Source of the DNA: Carcharhinus amblyrhynchos
Taxonomy: Eukaryota
NCBI GenBank assembly: GCA_965287045.1
Contig: OZ336892.1
Location: forward strand, 33,170,001 to 33,234,000
DNA: 64,000 nucleotides
Direction of reading: 5' to 3'
Positions 26,260-40,320 of this stretch are shown piece by piece. The notes beneath the pieces are model-generated. The model was given only the letters and a program-made list of their open reading frames with translations. It made no database searches and was not told the DNA's origin. A program made the translations under genes and the position numbers. Numbering within the stretch: position 1 is the first letter of the stretch; every line of letters starts with the position of its first letter.

Positions 26260-26600
26260 ATCAGATAACATCAGAATGGATTTACAAAAAGGAGATCACG
26301 CTTGACGAATCTATTGGAATCCTTTGAGGATATAACTAGTAGAGTTGACTGAGGAGAATCAGTGGATGCGAATTATTTAGATTTTCAGGAGGTTTTTGAC
26401 AAGGTCTCACATAAGAGACTACTCCGTAAAGTTAAAGTACATGGGATTGCAGGTAATGTCTTGACATGGTTAGAAAGCTGGTTAGCAGATAGGAAGCAAA
26501 GAGTTGGCATAAATGGGTCTTTTTCTGATTGGCAATCAGTGACTAGTGCGGTTCCACAGGGATTCTATGCTAGGACCCCAAATAGTTCACATTATATATC
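26260..26600 (+). mobile_element. CR1 RT fragment
   Basis: YLDFQEVFDKVSHKRLL..QRVGING..VTSAVPQG. Confidence 0.85.
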
Positions 26601-27446
26601 ATAATATAATGATAACATACCATATATCATATTACATATCATAATAATCATGATAACAACATATCAATGTTATCATGACTTGAATATGTTTGGCTGATAT
26701 TGGGGCTGGAACTCTACCCATCTCGCCTGTCCAGAATTGGAGCAGGCAAGGATCAAACAACGGACATCTGCGTTGACCTCAGGTGGGAATTTCCGGTCTT
26801 GCCCGAACATGGCCATAAATCCTGCCCTGGGTGTGAAAAGAGGAAAACTGCTTCATTTCTCAGTGTCTTGATTGAGCACAATATTCTCTAAACATACAAA
26901 TTTGAAATTCTTATTTATTTACACAACAGAATGGCTATAAGGCTGGTGGGGTTGGAACTTTCAGTTTCTGTTTTTATTCTTTATTATACAGGACTCCCCT
27001 CCAAATATGGTGCTCACTAGTGAAGGCTGCTAGTTTTGTATCAGTCAGGTACTACATGACCTGAACACAGAGGGACGATTATTTTAACATTGTGCAATCT
27101 TGTAAATGGGTAATAGCAGCATGAGATTGACAACATGTTAAAATAACAATCCAAATTGGGGGAAATGGACTCAGCAACCTTTAAAGCTAGAATGCAATTT
27201 TGAATTTGCCTCCAAGGTAAATGCAAACATTCTCTATTGTGTTCTTTTCTTCCTTGCATAACTTTAAATAACACAACTGACAGAGTTATCGTTAAATGTG
27301 ACAGATTAGTTTCACCTTTCATATTAACAATCGCTGAACAGTCAGAAATTAAACATAAACAATTCTTCTGTAAGGGATGTAATATGTTGAGCTTTTACCC
27401 TCATTGTTTATTGTTTGTTTGTTTTAATGTACTTATGGAACATTGG

Positions 27447-29277
27447 TGTGATACCACCCCTACAAAGGCTATGGGGAATCACTGATTGATTTCCATTGGG
27501 GATTTTCCAGTAACTTCATTACAGTGCAAATGCAAGCCTACTTGTTTCTAATAAATAAACTTAACTTATGGGGCTCATTGAGTATGAGTTCCCCTGGTAA
27601 AGGCAGTGGCCTACCCAGTTGGAAATCATTAGCTGAATGACAGGCCCAGGACTTCAATTCTGTAATAAACTATATTCTTTTCCAGTTAGGCTTCCTGAGT
27701 TATTGCATTGGCAGCAAGGGGAACAAGAAAAGTTTCAGACAGCCTTGCCTTCCAACAAACCTGGTTAGACAGTCAGAGGGAGATATTGAAAATGCTGCTA
27801 TTTGGGAAACTGGAAGCTTATGATGTGGGAGTGTAGGATTGACCCCAGTATGTCAAAATAATTAGATATTTCTTCTGGGCAAATGGGATAAAAGGGAATA
27901 ACCGACAAAAAGTCATCCTCCTGACTGCTTGTTGGGCCCTGACTTCCAGCATCATTAAGAGTTTAACCTACCCAGCAGCCCAGGATTCTAAATCTTTTGA
28001 TGAATTGGTAGATGTGATATCGGACCACTGCAGCCCTAGACCTTATGTTATATTGCAATGCTACAGGTTTAACACAGCAATTAGGCTCCCTGGGGAACCA
28101 GTCACTGAATTTTTGACGAGACTGCGGGAATTGGCAGAACATCATCAGTATGGGTCAGCACTTCCAGAAATGTTAAGGGATCATTTAGTATGTGGAATTA
28201 ACATTATTACAACCCAAAGGAAGCTACTGATGGAACCAACTCTGGACCTCAAGAAAGCCATAGCATAGGCCCTTTCCCGTGAAAATGTGGAAAAATGGCC
28301 CAGGGGTTTTAGGGATCTATGGACGTTACCATCCTCAGCCTTCGGCAACCCCTATACTGCAGAATCATATCCCCAGTGGAGAATACTCAATTCTTCCAGT
28401 TACTGCTAAGAAAGGATGATTGGAGTCGGAGGCCATGGAGTAACCCCACAATAGAGTGAGGTTACATTCCCCACATTCATGCTGCATTTGTCATAGGGTC
28501 CATCCTGGATAAGGTTACTGAAACAGGCAAAACACAGCACGCAAAACCTGCCCACTAAACGCTCCCCTACCTCCACTGACCAGCCCCTATCAGCAATGGA
28601 AATTAGGCCACGGGCGAAAAGACAGAGAATGCCCCATCATCATAGCAGCGAGGGGGATCTCTCTGACTTTGGGCGGGGTGTGAGATGGTTGTGCTAACCC
28701 ATCGAGGCCCATGGGGAACGGCTGATTGATCTTGCTGTGGGGCTCATTGAGTATGAGTTCCCCTGGTAACAGGCAGTGGACTGTCCAACTGCAATTCATT
28801 GCCTGAGCCATTTATAAGTAATGCCTAGGACTGGGTCTGCTGAACTGCAATCCCAGGCAAGGACTAGGGTGTGTACATCATGGTAGTAGTTTTACTTTAC
28901 ATACTGTAAATGAACTATATTCCTTTCATAGAATCATAGAATCCTACAGTACAGGGGGAGGCCATTCAGCCCATCGAGTCTGTACTGACCACATCCCATC
29001 CAGGCCCTATTACCGTAAACCCACACGTTTATCCTGCTAATTCCACGAATACTAGGGTCAATTTAACATGGCCAATCAACCTAACTCACACATCTTTGGG
29101 CTGTGGGAGGAAGCTGGAGCACCCGGAAGAAACCCTCGCAAACATACGGAGAATGTGTAAATTCCACACAGATAGTGACCCAAGGTCAGAATTGAACCTG
29201 GGTACCTGGTGCTGTGAGACAGCAGTGCTAATCACAGTGCCACTGTGCCACTCAGTCAGGCTTTCTGAGTTATTACA
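27447..29277 (+). mobile_element. Gypsy-type LTR element reduced to LTR-gag-LTR
   Basis: LTR1 about 27447-27707 (TG..CA) followed by PBS-like ttggcagcaagg; gag remnant RFNTAIRLPGEPVTEFLTRLRELAEH..LRDHLVCGI; LTR2 about 28690-29277 sharing gggctcattgagtatgagttcccctggtaa. Confidence 0.75.
28927..29250 (-). mobile_element. V-SINE inserted in LTR2
   Basis: Complete reverse-strand SINE; the LTR sequence resumes after it. Confidence 0.85.
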
Positions 29278-30354
29278 GTCGGCAAGAGTAGGTTTATAAC
29301 AAAAACTGAGACTGGCTTTCAGATCTAGATTTTGTTTTAATGAACTGAATTAATTAATTGAATTTAAATTACACCAGGTGACATTTGAACACATGCCCCC
29401 ACAGGCTTGAGCCTGCGTGTCTGTTCAGGAATTTGCCATCTGCCTCTTTTGTATTGGAAGCAATCTCAAAAGCCACTTTTTGACAATAAGGAGCCACAAA
29501 TGGAAAAGAGTAAATAAGTACTACTTAATGGCTCAGAAATATTTGGCATGATAGACTGTACACAGGAGTTGTGTTGCATGGAAATTGTGGTCTGTGGGGA
29601 TTAACTGACAGCATTTTAGGCCAATACAGTCAGCACATAAATGTCATTTTCACATTTGTTGAACCCATGTTACCCATGATGATCATTGGCTACAAGCATG
29701 AAGGGAAGCTGCAATATCAGACCACAATACCATTTAAAATCTGCTAGCAACTCAAAAAGGGAAGGTGCATTCTGCCTGGAAGAGCTGTCATGGTATCTAA
29801 TATTCAAATAGCTGGAGGAGGAAGTGAGCAGATACCAAGGTTACTGGTGCAAGGAAATGGAGCTGAGGAAGAGAATCAACCTCCTCTTTCACCAGGGGCA
29901 TTATAACATCAAAGATGCTGGAGCAGGAGTCTGCATACTGGTTCTGCTGCAGACAATTCTATTCTGGACTCTGTTAGGCCAGGGTACTGAAGAAGGTGCA
30001 TAGGCATACAACAGAAAATGCTTGGTGCACGATGGAGCCTGCTGGGCAGCTTGCCCACAATATGGGGAAGCATGGAGGAGTCCATCTCCAACTTGCTATG
30101 TCAAACCTGCTCCATCATCCAATTAGACCAAGGCTGATCATCTAACTCAAAACAAATTTCCTGCTCAATCTCCAAATCCCTGGAAACTCTTGGTCTCTGT
30201 CTTGGGTATAGCTAATGAATGAGCATCCTCAGCGTTCTGTCTGATAACCAATCCTCAATCCAAGCTAATGTGTTAAACCTAATCCCATGAATCATAATCT
30301 GTGGAACAATTCTCTTGTGTGGCACCTTATCAAACCCCTTTTGAAAATGAAGCA

Positions 30355-33300
30355 GCGTGCAATCAATGAGCTGGATGACAGAATTAGGTGTCATAACTCC
30401 TATAGATGAGACCATAGAATGGGTTTCAACATTGGTGACCCGTGGTAAAGAAGGATGGCACGGTCAGCGTTTGCATTGACCCAGTGACTTAAACAAGCCA
30501 CTGCTCAGACCTCATCATCCAATGGAGCAGATGATAGCAGACATGCCAAATGCTAAAGTTTTCAGCATCCTGGGGGCAATATTTGGGTTCTGGCAGATAC
30601 TGCTAGATGAAGAATCCTTGAAACTTACCACATTCATATCTGATATAATTTTCTTCATGTGCCCTATGGGATCTCCGTTGGCAGTGAGGTATTCCAGTGG
30701 TGCATGGAGCAATTCTTTGTAGGACACCCTGCAAAATCATTATTGATGATTTCCTGATTTGGGGTCATACTATGCAAGAATGTGATATATGTCTTTGTCT
30801 TGTCCTTGACAGAATCAGGACCATATAGCTGAAACTCAACCCTGTGAAACACAGATTCAGGGTCACCCAGTTTCCCTATGTGAGCCACTTACTCACAGCC
30901 GAGGTGTAAGTCCAGACTCAGACAAGATGGCTATATTACAGATGACCATCCCCGTCGACAAGCATATCTTACAGTCTTTTTTCAGTATGACAGATTATCT
31001 TTCTGCTTTTACCCCTATAATACTGAGGTCACTGGACTTTCTCATCAACTCTTCCCCCAGGATGGCGCTGGCAAGAGCACCACACAGCAGTCTTCAACAG
31101 ACTCAAACAGGCACTCTCACCACCAGCAGTGTACAATACTTTGACATTCGAGTACCTGTACTCCTAGCAGCAGCTACTTCCCAGCACTGACTTGGTGCAG
31201 CCTATATCCAGAATGGCTGACCAATGGCCTTTGCTTCAAAGGCCTTCACTGAGACTCACTATGCACAGATTGAAAAGGAACTCCACGCTCTAGTTTTTGT
31301 CTGTCAGAAATTTAACAACTTCAGATATGGTCATCCTACAACTGTTGAATCTGATCATCAGCCACTCACGACTATCTGAAAAGGTCTCTTCATACTGCAT
31401 CTGCATAATACTAAATCTGCTACCTTACAATCTCAGCATTGACTGCAAACGTGGGAAGGAGCTGTACTTGCCTGATGCCCTTTCAAGAGCCTTCTTACCC
31501 ACCACAGACAGGCAGATTGTGAAGAAGACATAGACATCATGACAATAGAGGCGCTGTCCTCTCATAGAACACAAAGATGCCTTACAGGTGGAAATTGCAT
31601 GCAGATAACTTCAGGACATCATCATGAGGGGCTGGCTGGAGTCCTCAATGGAACTTCCCCATGAACTCTGCACATTCTTCATCATCAGAGATGAAGTCAT
31701 AAAGTCATAGAGGTTTACAGCATGGAAACAGGCCCTTCGGCTCAACATGTCCATGCTGCCCCTTTTTTAACCACTAAGCTAGTCCCAATTTCCTGCATTT
31801 GGCCCATATCCCTCTATACCCATCTTCGTCTGAACACTTTTTAAAAGACAAAGTTTTCCCTGCCTCTACTAATACCTCAGGCAGAGGTATTGTTCCAGAG
31901 ACTCACCACCCTCTGTGTGAAAAAATCTCCCCTCTGGACCCTTTTGTATGCCTCCCCCTTCACCTTAAACCTATGCCCTCCAGTTTTAGACTTCCCTACC
32001 TTTGGGAAAATATGTTAACTATCTAGCTGATTTGTGCCCCTCATGACCATACAAGTTCGATTGATATTGTGTGGCCAGCAATTTATTATATCTTCTTCTT
32101 TTTAGAGGTACTACACTCAACAACTTCACCAAGGGTACCCTGGGTTGGAAACAACTAGATACAGGGCCAAGGAATCACTGTACTATCCTTCCCTGTATGC
32201 CAACATGGAAAAGGAAGTCTCCAGATGTGTGCTGTGCTATGCACTCAAGCCACACCAAGCAAAAGAACCTCATTTACATGAATTCCTGGACCTCCCATGG
32301 TCATTCACAACAGCTGACATTTTCGATGGAATGGAAGATAACATTTAGCCTGAGTCAATTTGTATTCGGGTGGTTTGAACTTGTCTAATTGCTAAACATG
32401 ACGAACACCACTATTATCATTAAGCTGAAGAGACACTTTGCCACACATAGCATCACGCAGGGACACGTGACAGACAGCGCTCGCCAATTCATCTCCACGG
32501 AATTTTGAAACTTTGCACAGATGTGGGACTTTGACTATATTATGAGCACCCCCTATATCCATAGTCCAATGGGCTTGGCAGAACACACAGTATACTCAGC
32601 TATGCACCTTCTAGAGAAATGTGCTCAGGATCACACAGATTACTATGTTGCACTCCTCAGTCTGTGAAATCTGCCATGTCAGGGCCTACCCTCTTCAGCG
32701 CAATAACTCTTTTCCAGGTGGATCAGGATCACAATTCCTATTGCCAAGGCTCTGTTGCAGCTCAAACTTAAAACCAATGTGAATGATACCAGCTTCAATG
32801 CAGGTTGAGAAGCAAAATGCACTATGATCAAAATGCTTACAAACTCAGTCCTCTCACACCAGGTCAAATGGTCTGGATGCAGAACACATGTACCCATGAC
32901 AAGTTGGTGGTGATGCACAGCCAAGCCTTCAACCAAACAGTTACGTGGTAGCCTCAGACAGTGCCCAACTCCTACAGGTAATGGAACCAGCATCAACAGA
33001 CACCGCAGCATTGTTTTCATCCGGCCTAGAATACAGGCCTCGTACATCAGTGGACATGCAGACTCCTTTGAAGGTCTACACAGGCAGCCCTGCACCCACT
33101 CAAGACATTGATGAAACACCACAGGTCGTCTACACTGAGAGTGCCAGCCTGCGGAAACCTACAGTAAAACCAACTGGCATAACAACACACTCAAAGAATG
33201 TGATCAAACTGAATACAAGGCTCAAGGACTTGGTCACTGCTTGGTTTACACCTGGCCCTCGAATCTTATCTTCACACAACATGAAAAGGGCAAGGGAAGG

Positions 33301-33620
33301 GCATGGAATGGGCTATGCACATGCTGCAACAGCTTAATCTGTGTCTGACATATGTAAATAGTTATGTATTGTTAACCTATTCAGTCTGTGTGTTGTATAA
33401 GGGTTTATACAGTGGTCGCGCACATTGATGCATCTCAATACCAACAGTTGGGAAGATGTAGGTCGAGTGGTTATGTGATGACATAAAAGGGTCACAGGTT
33501 GGGCGTTCTCCCTGGGAGCGTGGGCAGAGCACAAGCATGGAGTAGCTGCCCAGCTAGTGAATAAAGTGTTGTTTGTTAGAAGTCTTTGTTGTCAGTGTTT
33601 GGGAACCCAGCAATTCTACA
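30355..33620 (+). mobile_element. Decayed Gypsy pol (RT, RNase H, integrase) with a probable 3' LTR at about 33391-33620
   Basis: AKVFSIL..GFWQILLDEESLKLTTF (RT), YAQIEKEL (RNase H), LHQGYPG..CVLC (integrase zinc finger); TG...CA segment with AATAAA; CR1 fragment inserted at about 31700-32045. Confidence 0.85.
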
Positions 33621-33624
33621 ATAC

Positions 33625-34460
33625 ACTCAGCACTTCAGGCTGAAGATTGTTTCCTTATCTTTTGACCTGATATGCTGGGCTCCTCCATCACTGAGGATGG
33701 GTTGTTTGTGGAGCCTCCTCCTCCAGTAAGTTGTTTAATTGTCCACCACCATTCATAACTGGATCTGGCAGGACAGCAGAGCTTAGATCTGATCATTTAG
33801 CTTTGTCTCTTACTTGCTGCTTATCTTGTTTGGCATGCAAGTGGACCTACGTTGTAGCTTCATCTGGCTGACACCTCATTTATTTTAGGTATGTCTGCTG
33901 CTGCTCCTGGCCTTCCCTCCTGCACTCTTCATTAAATCAGGGTTAATCTCCGGCTTGATGATAAGGGGAATGATAGTGGGAGACATGATCAGCCATGAGA
34001 TTACAGGTTGTGCTAGAGTACAATTCTATTGCTGCTATTAATGCCCACAGTACCTCATGGATGCCCAGTGTTGAGCTGCTAGATCTGTTCAAAGTCTATC
34101 TCATTTAGCACAGTGGTAGTGCCACACAATGTGATGGAGGGTATCCTCAATGTGAAGATGGGACTTTGTCTCCACAAGGACTGTGTGATGGTCACTCCTA
34201 TCCATACTGTCATGGACAGATGTATCTGCGGCAGACAGATTGATGGGGATGAAGTCAAGTTTCCCTCTTGTTGGTTCCCTCACCACCTGCCACAATCCTA
34301 ACCTAGCAGTTACATTCTTTATGATTTGGCTAGCTCAGTCTGTGATGGTGCTACTGAGCCACTCTTAGACAGGGACATTGAATCCCCCTCACCCAGAGTA
34401 CACTCTATGTCCTTGCCAGTTTCAGTGTTTTCTCCAAGTGGAGGAATACTGATTCATTAG
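33625..34460 (-). mobile_element. Fragment of the Deu-associated CR1/L2-group LINE (endonuclease to linker)
   Basis: QVVREPTRGK..SDHHTVLVETK endonuclease C-terminal motif; homologous to 37950-38780. Confidence 0.8.
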
Positions 34461-34461
34461 C

Positions 34462-34620
34462 AGGATGGCACCAATGTCAGTGTTCTCACTGAGGCCAACA
34501 TCCCCAGCATTGAAGCATTGACCATGCTCAGTCAGCTCTGGTGGGCAGACCACATCATCCATATTCCTGACACAAGACTCTCAAAACAAGCACTCTACTC
34601 AGAACTTTGACACAGCATGT
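34462..34620 (+). mobile_element. RTE LINE C-terminal fragment
   Basis: TNVSVLTEANIPSIEAL..QLWWADHI..DTRLSKQALYSEL. Confidence 0.7.
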
Positions 34621-35649
34621 ACACCAGCAGAAGACAAGCTAGTGTTTTGTTTAAGTTTAGCGCAACATCTAAGCTTTCCAATCGGCTTGTATTTATAAAG
34701 CCCAGACTGAATCACTGCAAACAGAAATGGACAAAGTGGGACAGTCTGTGACCATAATTACTCAGAGATGTCATTTAGTTAGTTAGTGAGAGAAAGGGTA
34801 ATGTCATATAGCTGCTATGGAAGAACTTTTCTGACACTAGAATTAAGAATTCTTGTTGTGTTACTCAGGCAAAGCTTTAGTTGAAATCAAATCCATGTTA
34901 TATTTGATTTGATGTGTTCATGTCTGACACTGGGTTTGAAAGTGGAAAAATGGTACATTTCACAGCGTTGATGTCACTCAATTGAGGACAAATTCTCCAA
35001 ATGCACAAATTTAACCATCTTATTTATTTACTTTGCAACTTTTCTAATGTAAAAAATGACTAGAAGATTGATTGTGATGGAAGTTTGTAGTTTTTTTTGT
35101 ACTTCCCCCATTGAATATAGACTGGTGAAGACCATTGTTTTGCACTTCATGGACTGTAACCTGGATACTGAGCTGGGATGATTTCACTTTGCGTGATAAT
35201 GTAGAATGGGTGTTAGTGAACAGAAAGGTGTAAAATACACTGCCAAGAAGTCAAAATTCTTCTAATGGGCTCCAGTTCAATGCTGCTGAAATGAAACATT
35301 TCCTTCTTCGAAATTCTGTTAACTTTACTTCAAATAGAACTATAATTAATGCACAAAATCGAGGTATGTTTGAACTTGACAAAAAAACATTCAAAATACT
35401 CTTTCCTGAAATAGCTCAAAAACCCACAAGATAAAGGGTAGGTTTTTACTCCTGAAACAATAAAATCCTGCCCAGAGTCAATGGACATTCCCATTATCCA
35501 CCCTCGCCCATTCCATTTCCCCTGTGGAATCGGCGGAGCGGTAAAATTCCGTCCCAAATCTTCTATACTCTCACAATATTGTCCAAAGGAATGTAACATG
35601 TTGCTATCTCAATCAAGTCTTTACCCCCATTAGTTTCCATTTGGTATTT

Positions 35650-38600
35650 TTTAAATGGGATGTAGGCATCGCTGGCTAGACTAGCATTTATTGCCCATCC
35701 CTAGTTGCCCTTCAGAAGATGGTGGTGAGTTGCCTTCTTGAACCACTGCAGCTCCCAATGTATAGGTACACACACAATGCTGTTAAGGACAGAGTTCCAG
35801 GATTTTGACTTAGGGATAGTGAAGGAGCGGTGATATATTTCCAAGTCAGGATGGTGAGTGACTTACTTGGAGGGGGACCTCCAGGTGACAGAGTTCCCAG
35901 GTATCAGCTGCTCTTGTCCTTCCAGCTGGCCATGGTTATGGGTTTGGGAGGTATTGCCTAAGGAATCTTGGTGAGTTCTTGCGTGCATCTTGTAAATTAT
36001 ACACATGGCTGTCACTGTTCATCAGTGGTGGAAGGAGTGAACATTTGTGGAAGGAGTAGCAATCAAGTGGGCTGCTTTGTCTTGGATAGTTATCAAGCTT
36101 CTTGAGTGTTGTTGAAGCTGCACTCATCGAGGCGAGTGCAGACTATTCCATCACACTCCTGAATTGTGCATTGTAGATTTGTGGACAGGCTTTGCGGAGT
36201 CAGGAGTTGAGTTACTCACCACAGGATTTCTGGACTTTGACCTGCTCTGGTAGCCACAGCATTTATATCACTAGTATAGTTCAGTTTTTGATCAGTGGTA
36301 ACCCCAGGATATTGATAATGGGGATTCATAGACAGTAATGTCATTGAATGTCAAGGGGTGATGGTTAGACCCTCTCTTGTTGAGATGGTCACTGCCTTGC
36401 TTTTATGTGGCGCGAATGTTACTTGCCACTTGTCAGCCCCAGCCTGGATATTGTCTAGGTCTTGTACATTTGGATATGGGCAGCTTCAGTATCTCACAAA
36501 TGGTGCTGAACATTATACAGTCATTAGAGAACATCCCCACTTCTCACAGAATCATATAGTGCAGAAGAAGCCCTTTGGCCCATCGAGTCTGCACCGGCAT
36601 GCAAGAAACACACAAACTCCCACCTAATCCCATCTACCAGCACTTGGCCCATGGCCTTGACTGTTATGATGTGCCAAGTGCTCATCCAGGTACTTTTTAA
36701 AGGATGTGAGGCAACCTGCCTTGACCACCATCCCAGGTAGCACGTTCCAGATCGTCATCAACCTCCAGGTAAAAAGGTTTTTCCTCACATCCCCCCTAAA
36801 CCTCTTGCCCCTCACTCCTTCCTTTTTAGATCCTCTACATCTTGATCTAAAAAGTTCTCCTCTACACATTTCAAGAAATCTACTCCATCTAAGCCCTTAA
36901 CACTATGTTAACCAGTAATGAAATCACCTAATATAATAACCCTATTGTTATTCTCTTTACACTCCTCTGCAAATTGAGCATATATTTGCTCCTCAATATC
37001 TCACCGACTTTCTGGGGATCTATAATAAACACCTAACATTGTGGCTGCCCCTTTTTTATTCCTAAGCTCTACCCACAAAGCTTCATTCAGTACCCTTTCT
37101 GAGGTATCATCTCTCCTTACTGCAGTAATTGACTCCTTAACCAATAATGCAATGTCTTCCTTTTTGACCCCCTCCTCTGACCTGCCTCAAGATTCTGTAT
37201 CCTCATTCTGTCCTTATGATGGAAGGAAAGTCATTGATGGAGGTGCTAAAGATGGTTGGGCCTTGGACACTACCCTGAGGAACTCCTGCAGTGATGTCCT
37301 CAAGCTGAAATGATTGACTTGTGACCCCCAAAATCATCTTTCTTTGTGCAAGGTATGACTCCAACCAGTGGAGAGTTTTCTCACTGATCCCCATTGATTC
37401 CAGTTTTGCTAGGGCTCCTTGATGCCATACTCAATCAAATGCTGCCTTGATGTCAAGAGCTCTGTCACCCTCACCTCACCTCTGGCATTCAGCTCTTTTG
37501 TCCATGCTTGAACTAAGGCTGTGATGGGATCAGGAGCTGAGTGACTCTGGCAGAACCCAAACGGAGCACCTCTGAGCAGGTTATTGCTGAGTAAGTATCT
37601 CATGAAAACATTGCTGATGTCCCCTTCTATCACTTTACTGATGATCAGGGGTAAACTGATGGAGCAGCAATTAGCCCAGTTGGATTTGTCCTTTCTCTTG
37701 TGTACAAGACATATTGGACAATTGTCCACATTGCTGGGTAGATACCAGTGTTGTAACTGTTCTGGAACAGCTTGGCTAGGAGCTCGGCAAGTTCTGGAGC
37801 ACAAGTTTTCAGTATTATTGCTGAAATATTGGGTCCATGACCTTTGCAGTATCCAGTGCCTACAGCTATTTTTTGGCATCATGTGGAGTGAACCGAATTA
37901 GCTGAAGGCTGATATCTGTGATGCTGGGGACTTTTGGAGGAGTCTGAGTTGGATCAGCTACTTGGCATTTCAGGCTGAAGACTGGTGTGAATGCTTCACC
38001 CTTATCTTTTGCACTGATGTGCTGGGCTCCTCCATCATTGAGGATGGGGATATCTGTCGAGCCTCCTTCTCCATTAAGTTGTTCAATTGTCCACCACTAT
38101 TCACAGCTGGATGTGGAAGGACTACAGTGCTTAGATTTGATCCATTGGTTATGGATCATTTAGCTCTGTTTATTACTTGCTGTTTATGCTGTTGGGCACA
38201 CAAGTAATCCTGTGTTATAGCTTTACCAAGTTAACACCGCATTTTTTTCAGTATGCCTGGTGTTGCTCCTGGCATGCCCTCCACCAGTCTTCATTGAATC
38301 AGGGTTGATCCCCTGGCTTGTGGTAATAGTAGAATGAGGGATATACTGGTCCATGAGGTTCCAGGCTGTGATTGAGTACATTTCTGTGCTGCTTATGGCC
38401 CACAGCCCCTCATGGATACCCAGACTTGAGTTGCTAGATCCATTTAGCTCGGTGGTAGTGCCACACATCACAATGTGAAGATTAGACTTTGTCTCCACAA
38501 AGACGTACAGTTGTCACACCTACTAATACTGTCATGGTCAGGCAGGTTAATGAGGATGAGGTCAGGTATGTTTTACCCTCTTATTGGTTCCCTTATGACC

Positions 38601-39370
38601 TGCCACAGACCCAGTCTAGCAGCTATGTCCTTTAAGACCCAGCCAGCTCGGTCTTGCGGTGGTATTACTGAGTCACTTTTGGTGATGGACATTAAAATCT
38701 CCCACCCAGAGCACATTCTGTGCCCTACTACCCTCAGTGCCTCCTCCAAGTGCTGTTCAACATGAAGGAGAGTGATTCAGCAGCTGAGGAGAGATGTACA
38801 TGGTAATCAGAAGGATGTTTCTTTGCACATGTTTGACCTGATGCCATGAGACTTCATGGGGTCTGGAGTCAATGTTGAGAACTTCTAGAGCAACTACCTC
38901 CCAAACATATACCACTGTGCTGCCACTTCTGCTGGGTTTGACCTGCCAGTGGGACAGGACATATCCAGGGAAGGTGATGGTAGTGTCTGGGATATTATCT
39001 GTGAGGTATGATCATTATGTGAGTATGACTATGTCAGGCTGTTGCTTAACTAGTCTGTGAGACAGCTCTCTCAATTTTGGCATAAGTACTAGATATTGGA
39101 AAGGAGGACTTTGCAGGGTTAACAGAGCGGGGATTGCCATTGTTTCCTGTGCCTAGGTTGATACCAACCTGTCTGCCCGGTTTCATTCTTTTTCATTTCC
39201 TTTGAAATGATTGGATACAACTGGGAGGCTTACTAGGCCATTTCAGAGGGCACTTAAGAGTCAACCACATTGCTGTGGGTCTGGATTCACATGCAGAGCA
39301 GACCAGTTAAGAATCATGTTGCATCCTTCCTTAAAGGACATTAGAGAACCAGTTGAGTTTTTTATGATAG
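35650..39370 (-). mobile_element. Near full-length CR1/L2-group LINE with a Deu-domain 5' region; insertions at about 36545-37200
   Basis: 5' to 3' on the minus strand: Deu core (about 39370-39215), endonuclease start PKLRELSHRLVKQQPDIVILT, RT (FGFCQSHSAPD, AGVPQGSVQGP), SAASTTLKKLD, tail aataaatgctag. Confidence 0.85.
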
Positions 39371-39399
39371 TCCGAAAAAAAAGGAAATGATAAATACAA

Positions 39400-40320
39400 C
39401 CCCTGTGAGTAAGTTGGCAGAGGAGCCAAAGGAAGGATCTGAGGCTTACACACTCAATAAGGTCCAGCTTGGCAAGATACCTCTCACTGAGTTTGTTTTA
39501 ATGGTTAATGGCACCCCCCCTCCCCCACCCCCTGCCCCCTCACCCCCATAAATGGAGGTTGACACTGGTGCTGCAGCCACTGGTATAGGTGATAAAACAT
39601 TCAAATGTCTTCAGAAGGGATGCAACCCTTAAGCTGTTTGGCTAATTGAGACTACTTTGGTAACATACACTGGAAAGACACTAAAGATTATGGAGACAAC
39701 CTTCGTGCTTGTTCCTACAGGAACTAGTCAGCTCAGCTCCCATCATGGTGACTGAAGGACAGAGGTCAAGTCTCATGGTGACAGAACTGGTTAAAACAAA
39801 AAAAACTGAATTGATTGGAAATATTTACTGTCCAGGAAGGAGGATTCCAAGAGTTCCTATGTAAATATTAGGAGGTATTCCAGAGAGAACAGCGTCGGAT
39901 AAAAAGGGTTAAAGCAAAAGTTTATCCAAACCTTAAGGCTACACCTAGATTTTTTGAGCTTGTCCAGTACCATGTACATTACACCAGAAGGTAGAGGCTG
40001 AACTGAAAAGGTTGGAGGATCTAGGCATCATTAAGCCTAGCAATTTTCCGATTGGGCTGCATCCTGAAAACAGGCCACACTGTGAGGATCTATGGGATCT
40101 ACAAACCAACAGTAAACAAGGAAGCTCAGCTGGATTGTTAGCCCATTCCAAGCATAGAGCTAAGTTAGCAGAAACCTCAAATATACCAACCTGGACCAAA
40201 GTCATGTTTATCAGCAATTGGAGCTGGAAGGAGTCTCCAGGAAGTTAGTCACAATAAGTATCCACAAGGGCTTATATCAGTCCATCCGATTGTCCTTTGG
40301 TGCCTTGTCTGTCTGTGCTG
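39400..40320 (+). mobile_element. Gypsy protease to RT N-terminal relic
   Basis: MEVDTGAAAT protease motif; QKVEAELKRLEDLGIIKP; THKGLYQ..RLSFG-like RT. Confidence 0.8.
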
